The notes below the pieces were generated by a model. It was not told the origin of the DNA and did not search any database. It saw only the letters and a program-made list of their open reading frames with translations. Of a stretch of DNA of 64,000 nt, positions 13,091-25,700 are shown piece by piece. The translations under genes and the position numbers were made by a program. Source of the stretch: the human T2T-CHM13v2.0 reference genome, Homo sapiens; NCBI RefSeq assembly GCF_009914755.1, contig NC_060930.1, one strand, 5' to 3'. Each line of letters starts with the position of its first letter. Position 1 is the stretch's first letter.

Positions 13091-15190
13091 TACTGCCTCC
13101 CACTGGTAATTGCCTTATCATTGAGCTTATTATGGATTAGTATGAGAGGAAGTTGGGAGAGCTATTGCTGCCTGTTGCTAGCTCTGGTCCTGCAGATGGC
13201 ATTTTCCGTTAAAGGGAAAGGCAGCTGTGCAGAACCTCAAGGTGCACGTGAACTAAGCCCAGGGGTCCCGGGTCAGTGAGGCTCAGCCCAAATGCATTGG
13301 GAACCAAACTCACACATGGGTGTTTGCTCACTCTGTTGATCAGGATCCCCTCGTGTGTACCGCTGCTTAACACATGATTAAGCGCATGTAAAAGAAATGC
13401 TGTTTTCAGGAAATAATTGCTGAGCATTCTGGTGACGTATATTTGTTCTTCTATTTTGATAGGAGAGTGGGGCTGAGGTGGGGGGAAGGAGAAGTGTGAC
13501 CAACCAGGGAAACACACTGATGTAGCAAATGTTAGTGATGTTTTAGTACTTCCTCATGAAGCAGTGTGACCTCCTGCCACCCAGACAGGCTCACTCTTCA
13601 GATTTTCCTTGCTCACTAGCCACAGCTGTTTGTTGTTTTCTTAAATGTTAAGCTTTTTATAGCTCTTCAGTTGCTTATAAAAAGTACCAGTTATTCAGGC
13701 CATACAAGAACTGGCTCTGTGCTGGTCTAATGAGCAGTGAGAACACTGGAGGCATATTTTTGTTGCTTCTATTTTCTCACTACTTCCCCTTCCCCCAGTC
13801 TCACAAATTTCCCCTTTGGACTTAAATGACTCCAGAATCTTGGAATTTACTAAAAAGGCGAACCACCAATTGGTCTTTGCTGTTCAAGAAAAATTCATCA
13901 CTGACTCACCTCCCTCCCAGTTCTTGGCTCTCCACGGCTGTGTGAAGAGTAGATCAACGGGTGGGGCCTTGTGTCACAAATCACGGCTGCTCCTAGGGGT
14001 CCAGGGTTGGGGGAGCACTCCAACCTGTACAGATGCACCTGTGATCTCTACAGAAGAGAAGTCTCATCTTTGCCCCCGAGGAGAAAAGAGCCCAGGACTT
14101 GGAGTGCCTTCGCTGAATAGGTAGGAACTTTCCAGTTTGCATCCTCTGTGAAAAGCAATTAGGACCAGCTCCAGAAGGGATCTGATAGAATCAGAAGGAA
14201 GAAGTCAGAAGCCACAGTCAAGAACGCAAACAGAATTGGTACATTTGAAGGAATCAGTCTCCCTTGTGCTGGGAGGCCTTCACAGTGTCATCTGTGGGTT
14301 GTACACACATTCTACAATGACTTCTCATGATAAACATAAAACTCTCGGGGAAAACGTTGTGATCTTAGTGCAAGAGGATATCATTAAACACAACATGGAA
14401 AAAATCCTGTTAGGAGAGCCATGGCTGAGAAAATCTGTATGTGTGTTCTAGCATGGAGTTTCACCATGTATGAGCTCCAGACCTTGGGGGCACTTGGACT
14501 GATTACAAGGGTCCTAGCATTTGGAAATGATTTAATGAATAACCATCTGACACATATGTGTTCTATTTTCCACAAGAATGTAGATACTGAAATGATTATT
14601 AAAATATTAATTTAAATGCAATATTGAATTATTAGTGTTTTTTAAAAGTTTTTGATTTTTAAAATTTTTATTATTTTTTTAACCTTACTGTATAGCTGTA
14701 GAATAGGAGCTGCTGCTTCAAAAGCCATTGGCCTCATGTCCAGGATGTCATAAAGAAACTCCTTAGGAGCCACTGGCCAACTATTTGGGTTGAAGAGGGT
14801 CAAATTATGGGGTTTGTTTTCGGGAAACCTTATCCTCAGCCTTGTTTTCTTGGTGCTTGCTCTTGTTAGAAAGGAGGACAACTTACCTAGCATATTACAT
14901 GGGATGATTTTGCAGAACGAATCCTCGTTAAACATGTTTTGAGATGGAAAATAGACATTTTCCAAGTGTCGGGCTTGTAAAAGGCCTATTTATCAGAGTG
15001 AATTGTGTATGTTTTTAGCTCAGAGGCTTTGATATGTACCTATTGCAATTCTGTGCTTTTAAGTGTCCATATAATAATAACAATGACTAATGTTTATTGA
15101 GCATTTATTACATGCCAGACACTATTCTAAACACTTAACATGTGTTATCTCAACAAATTTTCAAGTTTTCATGGTAGCTATTATTTTTTT

Positions 15191-15346
15191 CTTTTCTTTT
15201 CTCCTTCCTTCCTTCCTTCCTCCCTCCCTCCCCTCCTCCTCCTCCTTCTTCTTCTCTTCCTCCTCCTCCTCTTCTCCTTCTCCTTCCCCTTCCCCTTCTT
15301 CTTTTTTCTTTTTTTCTTTTCTTTTCTCTTCTCCTCTCTTCTCTTT

Positions 15347-15405
<59 letters not shown>

Positions 15406-15455
15406 CCTTCCTTCCTTCCTTCCTTCCTTCCTTCCTTCCTTCCTTCCTTCCTTCT
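15191..15455. repeat. Pure polypyrimidine tract with (TTTC)n and (TTCC)n
   Basis: Directly visible. Confidence 0.95.
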
Positions 15456-15462
15456 CACTTAA

Positions 15463-16024
<562 letters not shown>

Positions 16025-16130
16025 TAGAATTTTTTGTATTATGAATTAGCATTAAGGGGTTATCCTTCCCATCATTTAATTTAGGATTTAGATGTCTATT
16101 CTCATTTGAAAATTATTCCATTATGTTGAC

Positions 16131-16188
<58 letters not shown>
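16131..16188. repeat. (TA)n(CA)n microsatellite
   Basis: Directly visible. Confidence 0.97.
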
Positions 16189-16415
16189 GACTATCAAATA
16201 TATAACATTGTGGAAATTCACATGTACCAGTTTTAATTTTAGCCATTAATTAAATGAATTCTATTTAATAAAACCTTTCACTTCTTCCCCAAGGACATTG
16301 TCTCAGGGGCTCTGTGGAATAAATGTGAGAGTTTATACTTTCTTTTCTTGGCCTCAGTTCACCAATCTTTGAAGCGGGGCCACCTTTACTCTAAAACCAT
16401 TAATTTTTCTTAATT

Positions 16416-17176
16416 AAAGAAGATATACAAATGGCCAATAGGTACATTAAAAATACTTACATCACTAGTTATTAGGAAAATGAAAACAACAAAACACCAC
16501 TACACATACACTAGATGGCTAAAATTAAAGTCACTGACAACACCATGTGTTGGTGAAAATGTAAAGCAACTAAAACTCTCATCTGCTGCTGATGGAAATG
16601 CAAAATGACACAGCCACTTTCAGAAAAACAGTTTGGCAATTTCTTATAAAGTTAAATATACAGTTACCATATGACTTGCCAATCCTATTTACCCATGAGA
16701 AATGAAAAGCTATGTCTACACAAAGACCTATACCTGAATGTTTATAGAAATTTTATTTGAAATAGTCCCAAACTGAATGCAACCCAAATGTCCATCAGCT
16801 AGTAAATGGATAAGCTAATTATGATATATCCATACAATAAAGTATTATTTAACAATAAAAAGGAACTGATAGGAACCAATGAACGAATCTCAAAGGCAAG
16901 GTGCTAAGTGAAAGAAGCTGAAGAAAAAATCATATACCTACTATATGATTTCATTTATATGAAATCTAGACAAGGCAAAATTATAGTGACATAAAGCAGA
17001 TCTGTGGTTGTCAGGGAGGTGGTCTTGGGATGCAATGGAGACTGGCCATAAAAGAGCATGAGGAAAGATTTGGAAATGATGGAAATGTTCTATAACTTGG
17101 TTATGGTATACACTTGTCAAAGCTTAACGAGCAGCACACTTTAAATTACACCTCAGTAAAGCTGATTAGAAAAAAT
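16416..17176 (+). mobile_element. Old L1 (L1MC/MD/ME-like) 3' end
   Basis: 'aaagaagatatacaaatggccaatagg...acagtttggcaatttcttataaagttaaa...caacccaaatgtccatca...ggaaatgttctata...cctcagtaaagctg'. Confidence 0.9.
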
Positions 17177-17816
17177 ATATGTGATTCAGCTGTATATGAG
17201 ACAATTCAATTTTTATAACTCTAGGTTTGGCTTCCATTGAGGTCGGCCTAACTTATTTCCCCAAATATTTAACACAGTTTGTGATTTAAAATGTTTTTTT
17301 ATCTGTTATCTTAAAACTGAAGTTACTTCTTCAACTGGAAAAAAATAAGTTTTTTGAATTTGTTGTATAACAAATATTTGATGCAAAAAGAAAAATTGAA
17401 ATAAATTTATTCATAATCAAGATAACCCCATAACCATTTATTCGATGGTTGTACAGCTCTCTGTGTCAGTTCAGTTCGTCTTTATACTTGTTGATCCACT
17501 GTCATACTGGATCAACTGTCTTGTGAAGACTTTATATTTAGAGTATTGGAATTTTTGTGGTCCTGTGTGACATACTGGTTGTCATATGAGTCCCCTAACA
17601 CCAGAAGAAATTCTCCATGTAGAACAGAGGCTGAAGCTGAACTCCTCCTGAGTATGGCTTAAGGCTCAGTTTAATTATATGGAATCAGTTGATGGTTTGA
17701 GGAAAAAAATAGTTATCCAGTTTATTCTGTAATTTTGCTTTGAAAACCAATTAAATAGTATTTTTTCCAATCACCATATTTCCTCAGAGATATGAATAGA
17801 TATCTACTCACCATCT

Positions 17817-17920
17817 CCTTCAGTCAAATATATTTATTAGGAGTTTATTTTAAGCCAGGCATTACGCTAGGTACTCTAGGAGATACAGAGCTGCTTAAGC
17901 TATCATGATCCTTGTCCTAG
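17817..17920 (-). mobile_element. L2 3' end
   Basis: 'caaatatatttattaggag...gccaggcattacgctaggtact..ggagatacagag'. Confidence 0.65.
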
Positions 17921-17972
17921 TTGGTTAAAATTCTACACTTGGAAATTTGCTCAAGTGCCTATACAACACATA

Positions 17973-18346
17973 CAGTTGTCCTTCGGCATCTGTGGGGGAT
18001 TCGTTCCAGGACCCCTCTGGATACCAAAATCCAGGGATGCTCAAGTCCATTATATAAAGTGGTATTGTATTTGCATGTAACCCATGCACATTCTCCCATA
18101 GGCTTTAAATAATCTCTAGATTACTTATAATACCGAGTACAATATAAATTCTATATACTTATATAGAATATATGTAATACATTATTATATATACAATATT
18201 ATAATACCTAATGCAATATAAATTCTATATAAATAGTTATATAGTTTTTATTTGTATTATTTTGCCTTATTATATTGTTTTAAAAACATTTTTGATCCAC
18301 AGTTGGTTGAAACCATGAATGTGAAACCCGTGGATACAGAGAGCTG
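17973..18346 (+). mobile_element. MER2 (Tigger-derived MITE) with TA target duplication
   Basis: TA|cagttgtccttcggcatctgtgggggattcgttccaggaccc...gaaacccgtggatacagagagctg|TA; internal duplication of 'ttataatacc...caatataaattctatata'. Confidence 0.88.
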
Positions 18347-18761
18347 TACACAAATCTGCTTTGGCTATTTCAGGTGTAGGACTCAGAGACATATTCTGAA
18401 GTTGGAATATTTAAAAGTGACTGTGGGATGCTAGAAAGGGCATGACCCTTAAGATAGGACTCTCACCAGCACTTCCTTCATACCTGAAATGGCACCTCTG
18501 GAGGAATATTGTGTTAAGCTGTCTCCTCTCCTGCCAGCTGTTAGTCAAAGGCAAGTATCCCTGGAGAGAGTGACATATTAAATTCCAAATTCCTCAATAT
18601 TATTTAGGACTTTCAGATTTTATGTTTGGTGATAGAGGTAATACTTGTTACTCCTCTATTGAGGGGCAACCTTTATCAACTTACATTTTTTGCTTAATGC
18701 TAGCCCCAGAAAGGCTTGCAGACTGTCCAGTGATAGCTAAGGATGGATACATACAGAATGA

Positions 18762-18885
18762 AGTTGCTACTCAAAGTGGTGTCACTAACCCAGTATTAGA
18801 TCATCTGGGAGCTTGTGAGAAATGCCAGATTTCAATACCTACCCCCATATCAATGGAATCTGCATTTGAACAAGAGCTCCAAGCA
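18762..18885. mobile_element. MER5-like hAT MITE fragment
   Basis: 'gctactcaaagtgg...catctgggagcttgtgagaaatgc...gaatctgcatttgaacaaga'. Confidence 0.65.
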
Positions 18886-19619
18886 TCTAGTCCAACATCA
18901 GAATGTTTCTTCCAGTCAGTGCTGAGGCTTTTCTGTTTCCCCTTGCCTACTAGTAGTATGAACATTTGAAGGTCCAATTCCTTCTGCTGGAGTCTTTTGC
19001 GATATATTGAAGGTCAGGTATCTGATTCCTTCTGCCAGGAAGAGCCCTTGAACTATTTAACAGATTTCTTCCAAGATCTCTTCTAATGTTTACTTACCTC
19101 TTGCAGTTCAATAATCATCTTTCTAAGTAAGAGGAAGAAATTGCAGGTATCTGAAAAGCTTATGCACACAGTCAAAGGGGGCTCAGATTATAAGAGCCTG
19201 CTCTGCAACACACTTTATTCAATAAATGTTAAATGAAAATAATAAATGCCCTTCCTCTTGGCTTGGAAATGGCTTTTACATGGCCCTGGTACAAATACAT
19301 TTTGTAAACCCTTCAAAGTACCTGTTGTTTCCTTCCTACCCAGCTCCTTTATGGATGACTGTATTAACTTACCGAGGTGTGCATGGATTACTTTAATGAT
19401 TGAGTCTACTTCTTCCAAGCTCTGGCTGATGTCTAAGAATAGACCTTTCTCCTTTGCACAGAGAACACAATTGAGGTGCAAACTGACTAGTGTCCTAAAA
19501 TAGTACCCACTCCCCCTCCATTCTTTCAGGAGCTCCTTGTCCACAGAGGTAGCCTGTGCCCCCTGCTGTAAGAAACCACTCAGAAGTTGGAGAAAATAGA
19601 GAAGGTGTGAGGAGTCAAC

Positions 19620-19722
19620 CCTGGAGAAGTCATCTGACCTCTCTGAGCCTTAGTTTTCCGACCTGTAAAAGGAAAGAATTGGACCAGATAATGTTTGAGC
19701 TCTCTTGGAATAGTATGAACAT
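19620..19722 (+). mobile_element. MIR3-like fragment
   Basis: 'aagtcatctgacctctctgagccttagttttccgacctgtaaaag...ttggaccagata'. Confidence 0.7.
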
Positions 19723-19935
19723 TTTAAACCAGGGAAAAGGAGACTGGGAGTTAGCCTGTGGAACCATGGCATTTTAGAAATGTCAGATTTCAATACCTGC
19801 CCCCAGATCAATGGAATCTACATTTGAACAAGAGCCCCAAGCATCTATGCTAACATCAAAATGTTTCTTCCAGTCCTGAGGCTTTTCTGCTTCTCCTTGC
19901 CTACTGGTAGTATGAACATTGGAAGGTTTATGACA

Positions 19936-20135
19936 TTTTATAAAGCCATTTCATATTCATTCCCCTGTGCAATCATCAGAACTCCAAAGTAGTGCTCCTA
20001 TTGTACAGATGAAGAAACTGAGACCCAGAGAGGGTAAGTGACTTCCTCAGTGGCATCCAACTCAGATGCTAGAACCTGGACTCAGGACTTGAACCCAGAC
20101 ACCCTGACTTCACCTGGGAGTCCTCCCACTACATC
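19936..20135 (-). mobile_element. MIR SINE
   Basis: 'tacagatgaagaaactgagacccagagagggtaagtgacttcc...ggacttgaacccag'. Confidence 0.8.
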
Positions 20136-20913
20136 TCAGCTGTCACTGAGAGGCCATTTGCTTTGTTTAATAATGTTCTTTAAGGCTGTGCAAAGGTCAA
20201 CATTCAAAATCTATCTGTTGCTATAAGTAGGCTAAAAGAAACGAACTTAAAAATAGTCTCATGCAGGTATACAGCAGCAGAAAATAATACAACAAATGTG
20301 ATTTCTATTTGGATTATACACCCTGGGGGGCAAAGTGCTATTCTAAACATTGCCTCTTGAGGGTCAAATGTCCCTGCATAAGGTAGACAGAGGCAAGTAC
20401 TGTTAACACCATTTCAAAGAGAGGAAAACGGGGGCAGAACAATTAAATGGGCTTCCTAAGATTTCTCAGTCAGACACGAACTATAATTCCAGATGCCCAA
20501 CATTTCTGTGGTCTTTTCCGCTAACTCACTGCTGATTGTGTGCGCAGCCACTATGCTCCATGTTCTCCTGCCCAGGAGGTGCTGTCCCTATCTGGTGGCC
20601 CCAGAAACTAGGGGTAGGGGTGAGGGTGGGGAGTTTGTAAGGAAACAACTGAAGTGCAGAATGGAATGAACCTATGGATGCCTTTAGGTTTTGATAACAA
20701 AGGAAAGAATCCTTACATTCTATTCAGGACGTTATTGGATTTAAATATTTTACCAGCTTCAGCTAAACATTTTCAGATTTTGACTCTGCTAAAGAACAGG
20801 TACTTATTTATCTGGAGTTCGATTACAAATATAGCTTTGTTCTGCATGGATAAAATGCAAAGAAGTCAAGAACGGTTAGCTAGAGTCAGGGCAAGTGAGA
20901 AAAACAGCTACTT

Positions 20914-20915
<2 letters not shown>

Positions 20916-20952
<37 letters not shown>

Positions 20953-20966
20953 TAGTAGTAGTAGTA
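20916..20966. repeat. T35 homopolymer followed by (AGT)5
   Basis: Directly visible. Confidence 0.95.
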
Positions 20967-20999
20967 ACACCCAAGTTGCAAAGAGGCTAAGAGAGTAAT

Positions 21000-21243
21000 T
21001 CAGTGTTGTGGTTAAGCGTGTGGGCATCAAACTGCTTTTGCATTTTAGCTCTGACACTTACTGACACTTGCTCACCCTGTGACCCTGAGAAAGTTATTTC
21101 TCAGGTCAATTTCCTTATCTATGAAATGTAGATAATAATGGAAACTACCTCCTAGGGTAGTAGTGAGGGTTAAATGACTTAATACCTGCAAAGTGCAATA
21201 AGAGGAACTCAACAGATGCCAGCTATTATTGTTATTGTTATTA
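21000..21243 (+). mobile_element. MIR SINE
   Basis: 'gtggttaagcg...ctgtgaccctgagaaagtt...tttccttatctatgaaatg...gtgagggttaaatga'. Confidence 0.8.
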
Positions 21244-22235
21244 GTGAGGAGGGAACAGTTAAACATTTTGCTTTTATTTGGCTTAAGCCTAGTACTATAT
21301 ACTTGAATTCTAACCAAGTAAAGAACAAAAATTATCAACTGAGAAAGCGTGTGATGGTCCAAATCAAGAGGTGAGTTACACATGGGCTGGGAAATAGCCC
21401 ATTTAAGGTGACCAAACACAGATAATAATGCAAGGAAATGGATAATGCAGATAACCTAATGCAGAATTAGTAACCTAATCCATTGTAATATCTACTGTCT
21501 TAAGTGATGATGCGGTAACCAATGATTAAAGGCCTTGAAATCCAGAAAGACAGAAATAAGTTTTAACATACTGGATAAATACACTGTACTTGATCACAAC
21601 AGGTTGTATAGTTATGAGAAGGACAATTCCCCCCAAACAAACAAATAAATGTCTACTCCAGTTTATACATCAGTTTTTAATGTGTATAGTGTGAGTCAGT
21701 TCTCCTGATTCTAATTAATTAATGCTGCATGAACTAATAAGTCTTGGAGCAAGCAACACTGATGCCCCTGCATCAGAATTGAGAATTCCCCGAGCACTAT
21801 GGCCTGTGGAGTCTGCCTATTGAAGTTGTTTTATCTCCTGGTATATCTCTCATTAGATATCAGAGTTTAAAAGATCAGGATTCCTATTTCAGTCCTACCA
21901 ATGTCATTATACCTAATACTTTCTCTGCTTATCAGGAAAGACAAGAATGCTCTAGAAGCCCTTGTAGGAAAGCTGAGGGTACAAAAGACTATACTAAAGA
22001 TAAATATTACAGCTTAGTGGAAAGTCTCCTCGGACACAGTGAGTAGCAGAGTCTGGAAATGACTGGAAAGTGGTCAAAACAAGCAGACTTCCAGAAGATC
22101 TAGATGATCCTCACATGCAAATTTTAGTCATATACAATTGCCAATACAATTGGAGCTTAAGATGCTTTTGTTACTAGCAAAGCTAATTCCTGGGCCACAA
22201 AGGAAACTACTTTATTACCTTTAACATCATTCTGT

Positions 22236-22314
22236 TTTTAATCTAAAAATAATCGTAATCTAAAAATAATTTTAATCTAAAAATAATTTTAGAAAATAAT
22301 CTAAAAATTATTTT
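22236..22314. repeat. 17-bp AT-rich tandem repeat (~4 copies)
   Basis: taatctaaaaataat(cg/tt) three times plus a degenerate copy. Confidence 0.9.
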
Positions 22315-22573
22315 CCAGAGCTCACTCTGTTCTCTATGCATGCCTCTGATTCTCGGCAGTTCCAAAAAGTCGTATCCACTCTCAAGAGGTTTAAAACTTG
22401 CCACCACTAAAGAGCAAAGGAATGTGGTACAGGTCTCAGGACAGTTTCAAAGGAAGTGACCCAGAGGCTGAGCAGGGGCACAGTCTTTAGAATGGAGGCA
22501 GATCCTCTCAGGCGGCTGGTCTGATGGAGCAACAGTAACTCGGCTGGGTAAATTCCAGCACATTTGGGATGGA

Positions 22574-22786
22574 GTACAGCATGGTGCTGAGTGCATGGAC
22601 TCTTGGAGTCTGTCTCCCGGGTTCTAATCCTGGCTCTGCCATTTACTGGCTGTATGACCTTGGGCAAGGTACTTAACCTCCTTGTATCTTAATGTCTTCA
22701 TCCAAAAATGGATTTAAACCTCATAAGGTTGTTATGAGGATTAAAGCAATTCATGCATTTAGGGTATCTGGCACATAGAAAGCATT
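22574..22786 (+). mobile_element. MIR SINE
   Basis: 'gggttctaatcctggctctgccatttactggctgtatgaccttgggcaaggtacttaacctc'. Confidence 0.9.
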
Positions 22787-25700
22787 GTTTTAGGGCTGAT
22801 TACTATCACGTACCTTTTGCCCCCTCTTGTGAGATCCCATTGCTGCTTCTGCCCTCCTGGGATGTAGCGGGGGCAGTGCCTCCTCCTCAGTGAGTGCCAC
22901 CCTGGTGCCCCTGCAAAGTTTTACTTTCTTTTTTCTCTCTCCTTGCCTTCTCTTTCTCCCTCTCACCTTCTCTTTTCTGTATATCACTCTTCGTCTCATC
23001 TCTCTCTCAAATATAGGTGAAAATTAATGATGAACCTGACACTATCTTTTTACTTTTGTGGGTTCAATGATTGATATATGTGCTTATATGTCTATTTGGT
23101 TTTATAATTTAGGAGAATTATAAAGAATCAGGGAACATATGTTCTATTTGTTTTAGTGTTATAGTGGTAGAAAGCATTGTACTTTATGCTGTGTCAATAT
23201 TCGCATCTCAGAAGTATTAGTATTTGCAATTTGTAAAAGATGATGTTTGAAATAAACTATTTTCAATGAAATTTACCATTTGAAAATATCTACTTGCAAA
23301 TTTTGAGGAAGAAAACAACTTTTGAAACTGAGCACCATTTAGAAGTTTTATTCATGTTATACCTAGAACAAAAGGAATTTTTCAAATAAAATGTTAATGA
23401 CAAAAGCCACATTTCTACGTATTCATTATAGAGGTTATCATAAGGACTGGGATAGGTATAATTTCTAAGAGCTAAAATTAAAATTGGTCTGTTCTCTGTT
23501 AGCCAGATGTTGGTGTTGGAACAATGTAATGCATTGCTTAACAGTAGGAGGCACCCACCAGGCTAATTTATGGGATGAGGAATGTTAAGGCCAATCAAGT
23601 GATCTAATTGTTTCAACAGTGCTAAAGGATTTATAATAATCTTCAAGATCAAGGCTGTGCTAATCTGAACTTCCCCTTTCCCACCTCCACCCCCTGCTTT
23701 CTTCTCCCCCTCCAAGCAGTTATATGGTATTGTGCTTGCCAAGTTTAAGTTGCATAGGAAGCAGTTGAAGTGGGGGCTTGGGTTCCAGTCCCAAGGTAAG
23801 ATTACATATGAAAATCAGTGGGGGTGGTCTTTCTGTAATTACCCTTTGTGCATTTTGTAAAACTACTGCTGGGCTGGGAATGACTGACAGCCTTGACTCA
23901 AGGGAGGTTTGGCCAGGAAAGTGTGTGTTTGTAACGCTGGGGTAGAATTGTGCAGAGAGAGAGCCCCAGGGGATCAAGGAATCAGGGCACTGAGGTAGCC
24001 AGTCCTCCCTCAACTGACACACCTTCATTAGCTCCTCAGACTGGCTTACTGACATGAATGTGGATGACATATTAAAAATCCACTTTAACCAATGTGCTGT
24101 GAAATGAACTTAGACAACAAGAACATATATGGCTTCCCAGATTTGTTTATTCCAAGCCCTGAAATGCACAGAGGGCAGTGTGATGGATGAGGGATGTCAA
24201 GCTCTAGATGACGATCACTTACACAGAGAAGGCATCTGTGTCCCCATAACATTGCACTGTTTGGTTAGATAAAAAGTGAAGTACAGGTATGTGCAATTTG
24301 GTTTTTTTCCCCAGTGCATCCAACTTGCTGATTTTTACAGTTATCATAAAGAAAATATCAGCTTTCTAATGCACAGGAAGATTTTTAGCTTTAGTTAAAA
24401 AAAAAAAAAAGAACAGAAAGGGAAGACAGAGTTTTATCTCAGCCTTTATGGTGGGGCTAATGTTTGCCAAACCATTAACAAGTTAATGTGCAAAATCCTG
24501 AGGTGTGAGGGTGAGTGTTATTGTCCTGGCTTTACAGACTGCAGTGGAGAGTACTTAAAAGTTGTATGCCAGGCAAGCAAATCAGCTGGGGACTGGATTT
24601 CATGAGGCGAGGGACCCTTTATCTATAACACTGTGATTAAGAAGGGAAAAGACACAGGATAAGAAGACCACGAGGAGAGAAGTTGTGAGGAAGAAGCAGG
24701 ACTGGTGAGAGCCACGCCACGTGGAATATGAGAGGCATAGGTTCCCTTTAGCATTGGAGTCGACTGGACACAGGACAGGGAGGAGATCTTGGGATGCTGC
24801 CATAGGCTTCTGTTTGCCAGCCTCGAGGCTTCGCTGGCACCACTAGGAAAACACAGTACTTTTGTTCTGGTGTGAGTTGCCTGGATGTCAGCATTCGTTT
24901 TTGGGGGGCAGTAGGGGTGGGAGTGTTGGGGGAGGGGAGGGTGAGGGAGAGGGGAGCTTCCTTTCTCTATATCCTAATCCATATTTCCTAATTGTTCTTG
25001 CTTCTCCGTGAGTATTGGTTTCCTCACCTGGAAAATAATTTAACTTTGGGGAAGATTAAATGAGGCACTGCCCACTATAGAACAGGCATTCATTCCACAT
25101 CCATTTCCCTTTCTCTCTTTTCAAAAACCTTCAGGGATTTTTAAATGACATACTGCCTGAGTCATCAGCAAAGGATGTCAAGGCACACAATTCCTCTGCT
25201 GGGGTTTGGTTCTCAGGGGAGCCCTTCTGCTGGGGACCTCAGCTGCCGCAGAAGAAAGGGGTAGACGCAGCAATCGCTCCAGCTCTTCACTCCCAACTCC
25301 CCAGGTCAGCGAGTGGGCCACCTCACTCAGCCCCACAAAAGGCTTGGTGGAGACCAGCTAATTAGGGCTCACACGAAGTCCGGCAAAACAAAGCCCAGAT
25401 AAGGGCATGAGGAAACCATAACTTTGTCCTGTTTTTTCACACAAGACTGCCCATTTTCCAGAAGACAACTAAACCTGTTTCTGGAGACCATAAATATCAA
25501 CACTTGCAATCACCAGAAGGTTCTGGACCAGGCTATTTTCAGACCTGGGTTTAGGCACCTGCCTTGAGCTGTGTTCTCCTCCCTCTCTCCCCTCCTCCTT
25601 CCCAGGGAGTGGCAGTAAGGTAGAGATGATTGACAGGTAGCTCTAACAAACTGCAAATTTGAAGGGGAGGTCCACACCAAAGTCACTGTTCCCACCCCCA

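Noticed and set aside
22236-22314. CRISPR-like short repeats (also 10836 and 29841)
   Set aside because: Head-to-tail repeats without unique spacers in eukaryotic DNA; no cas genes.
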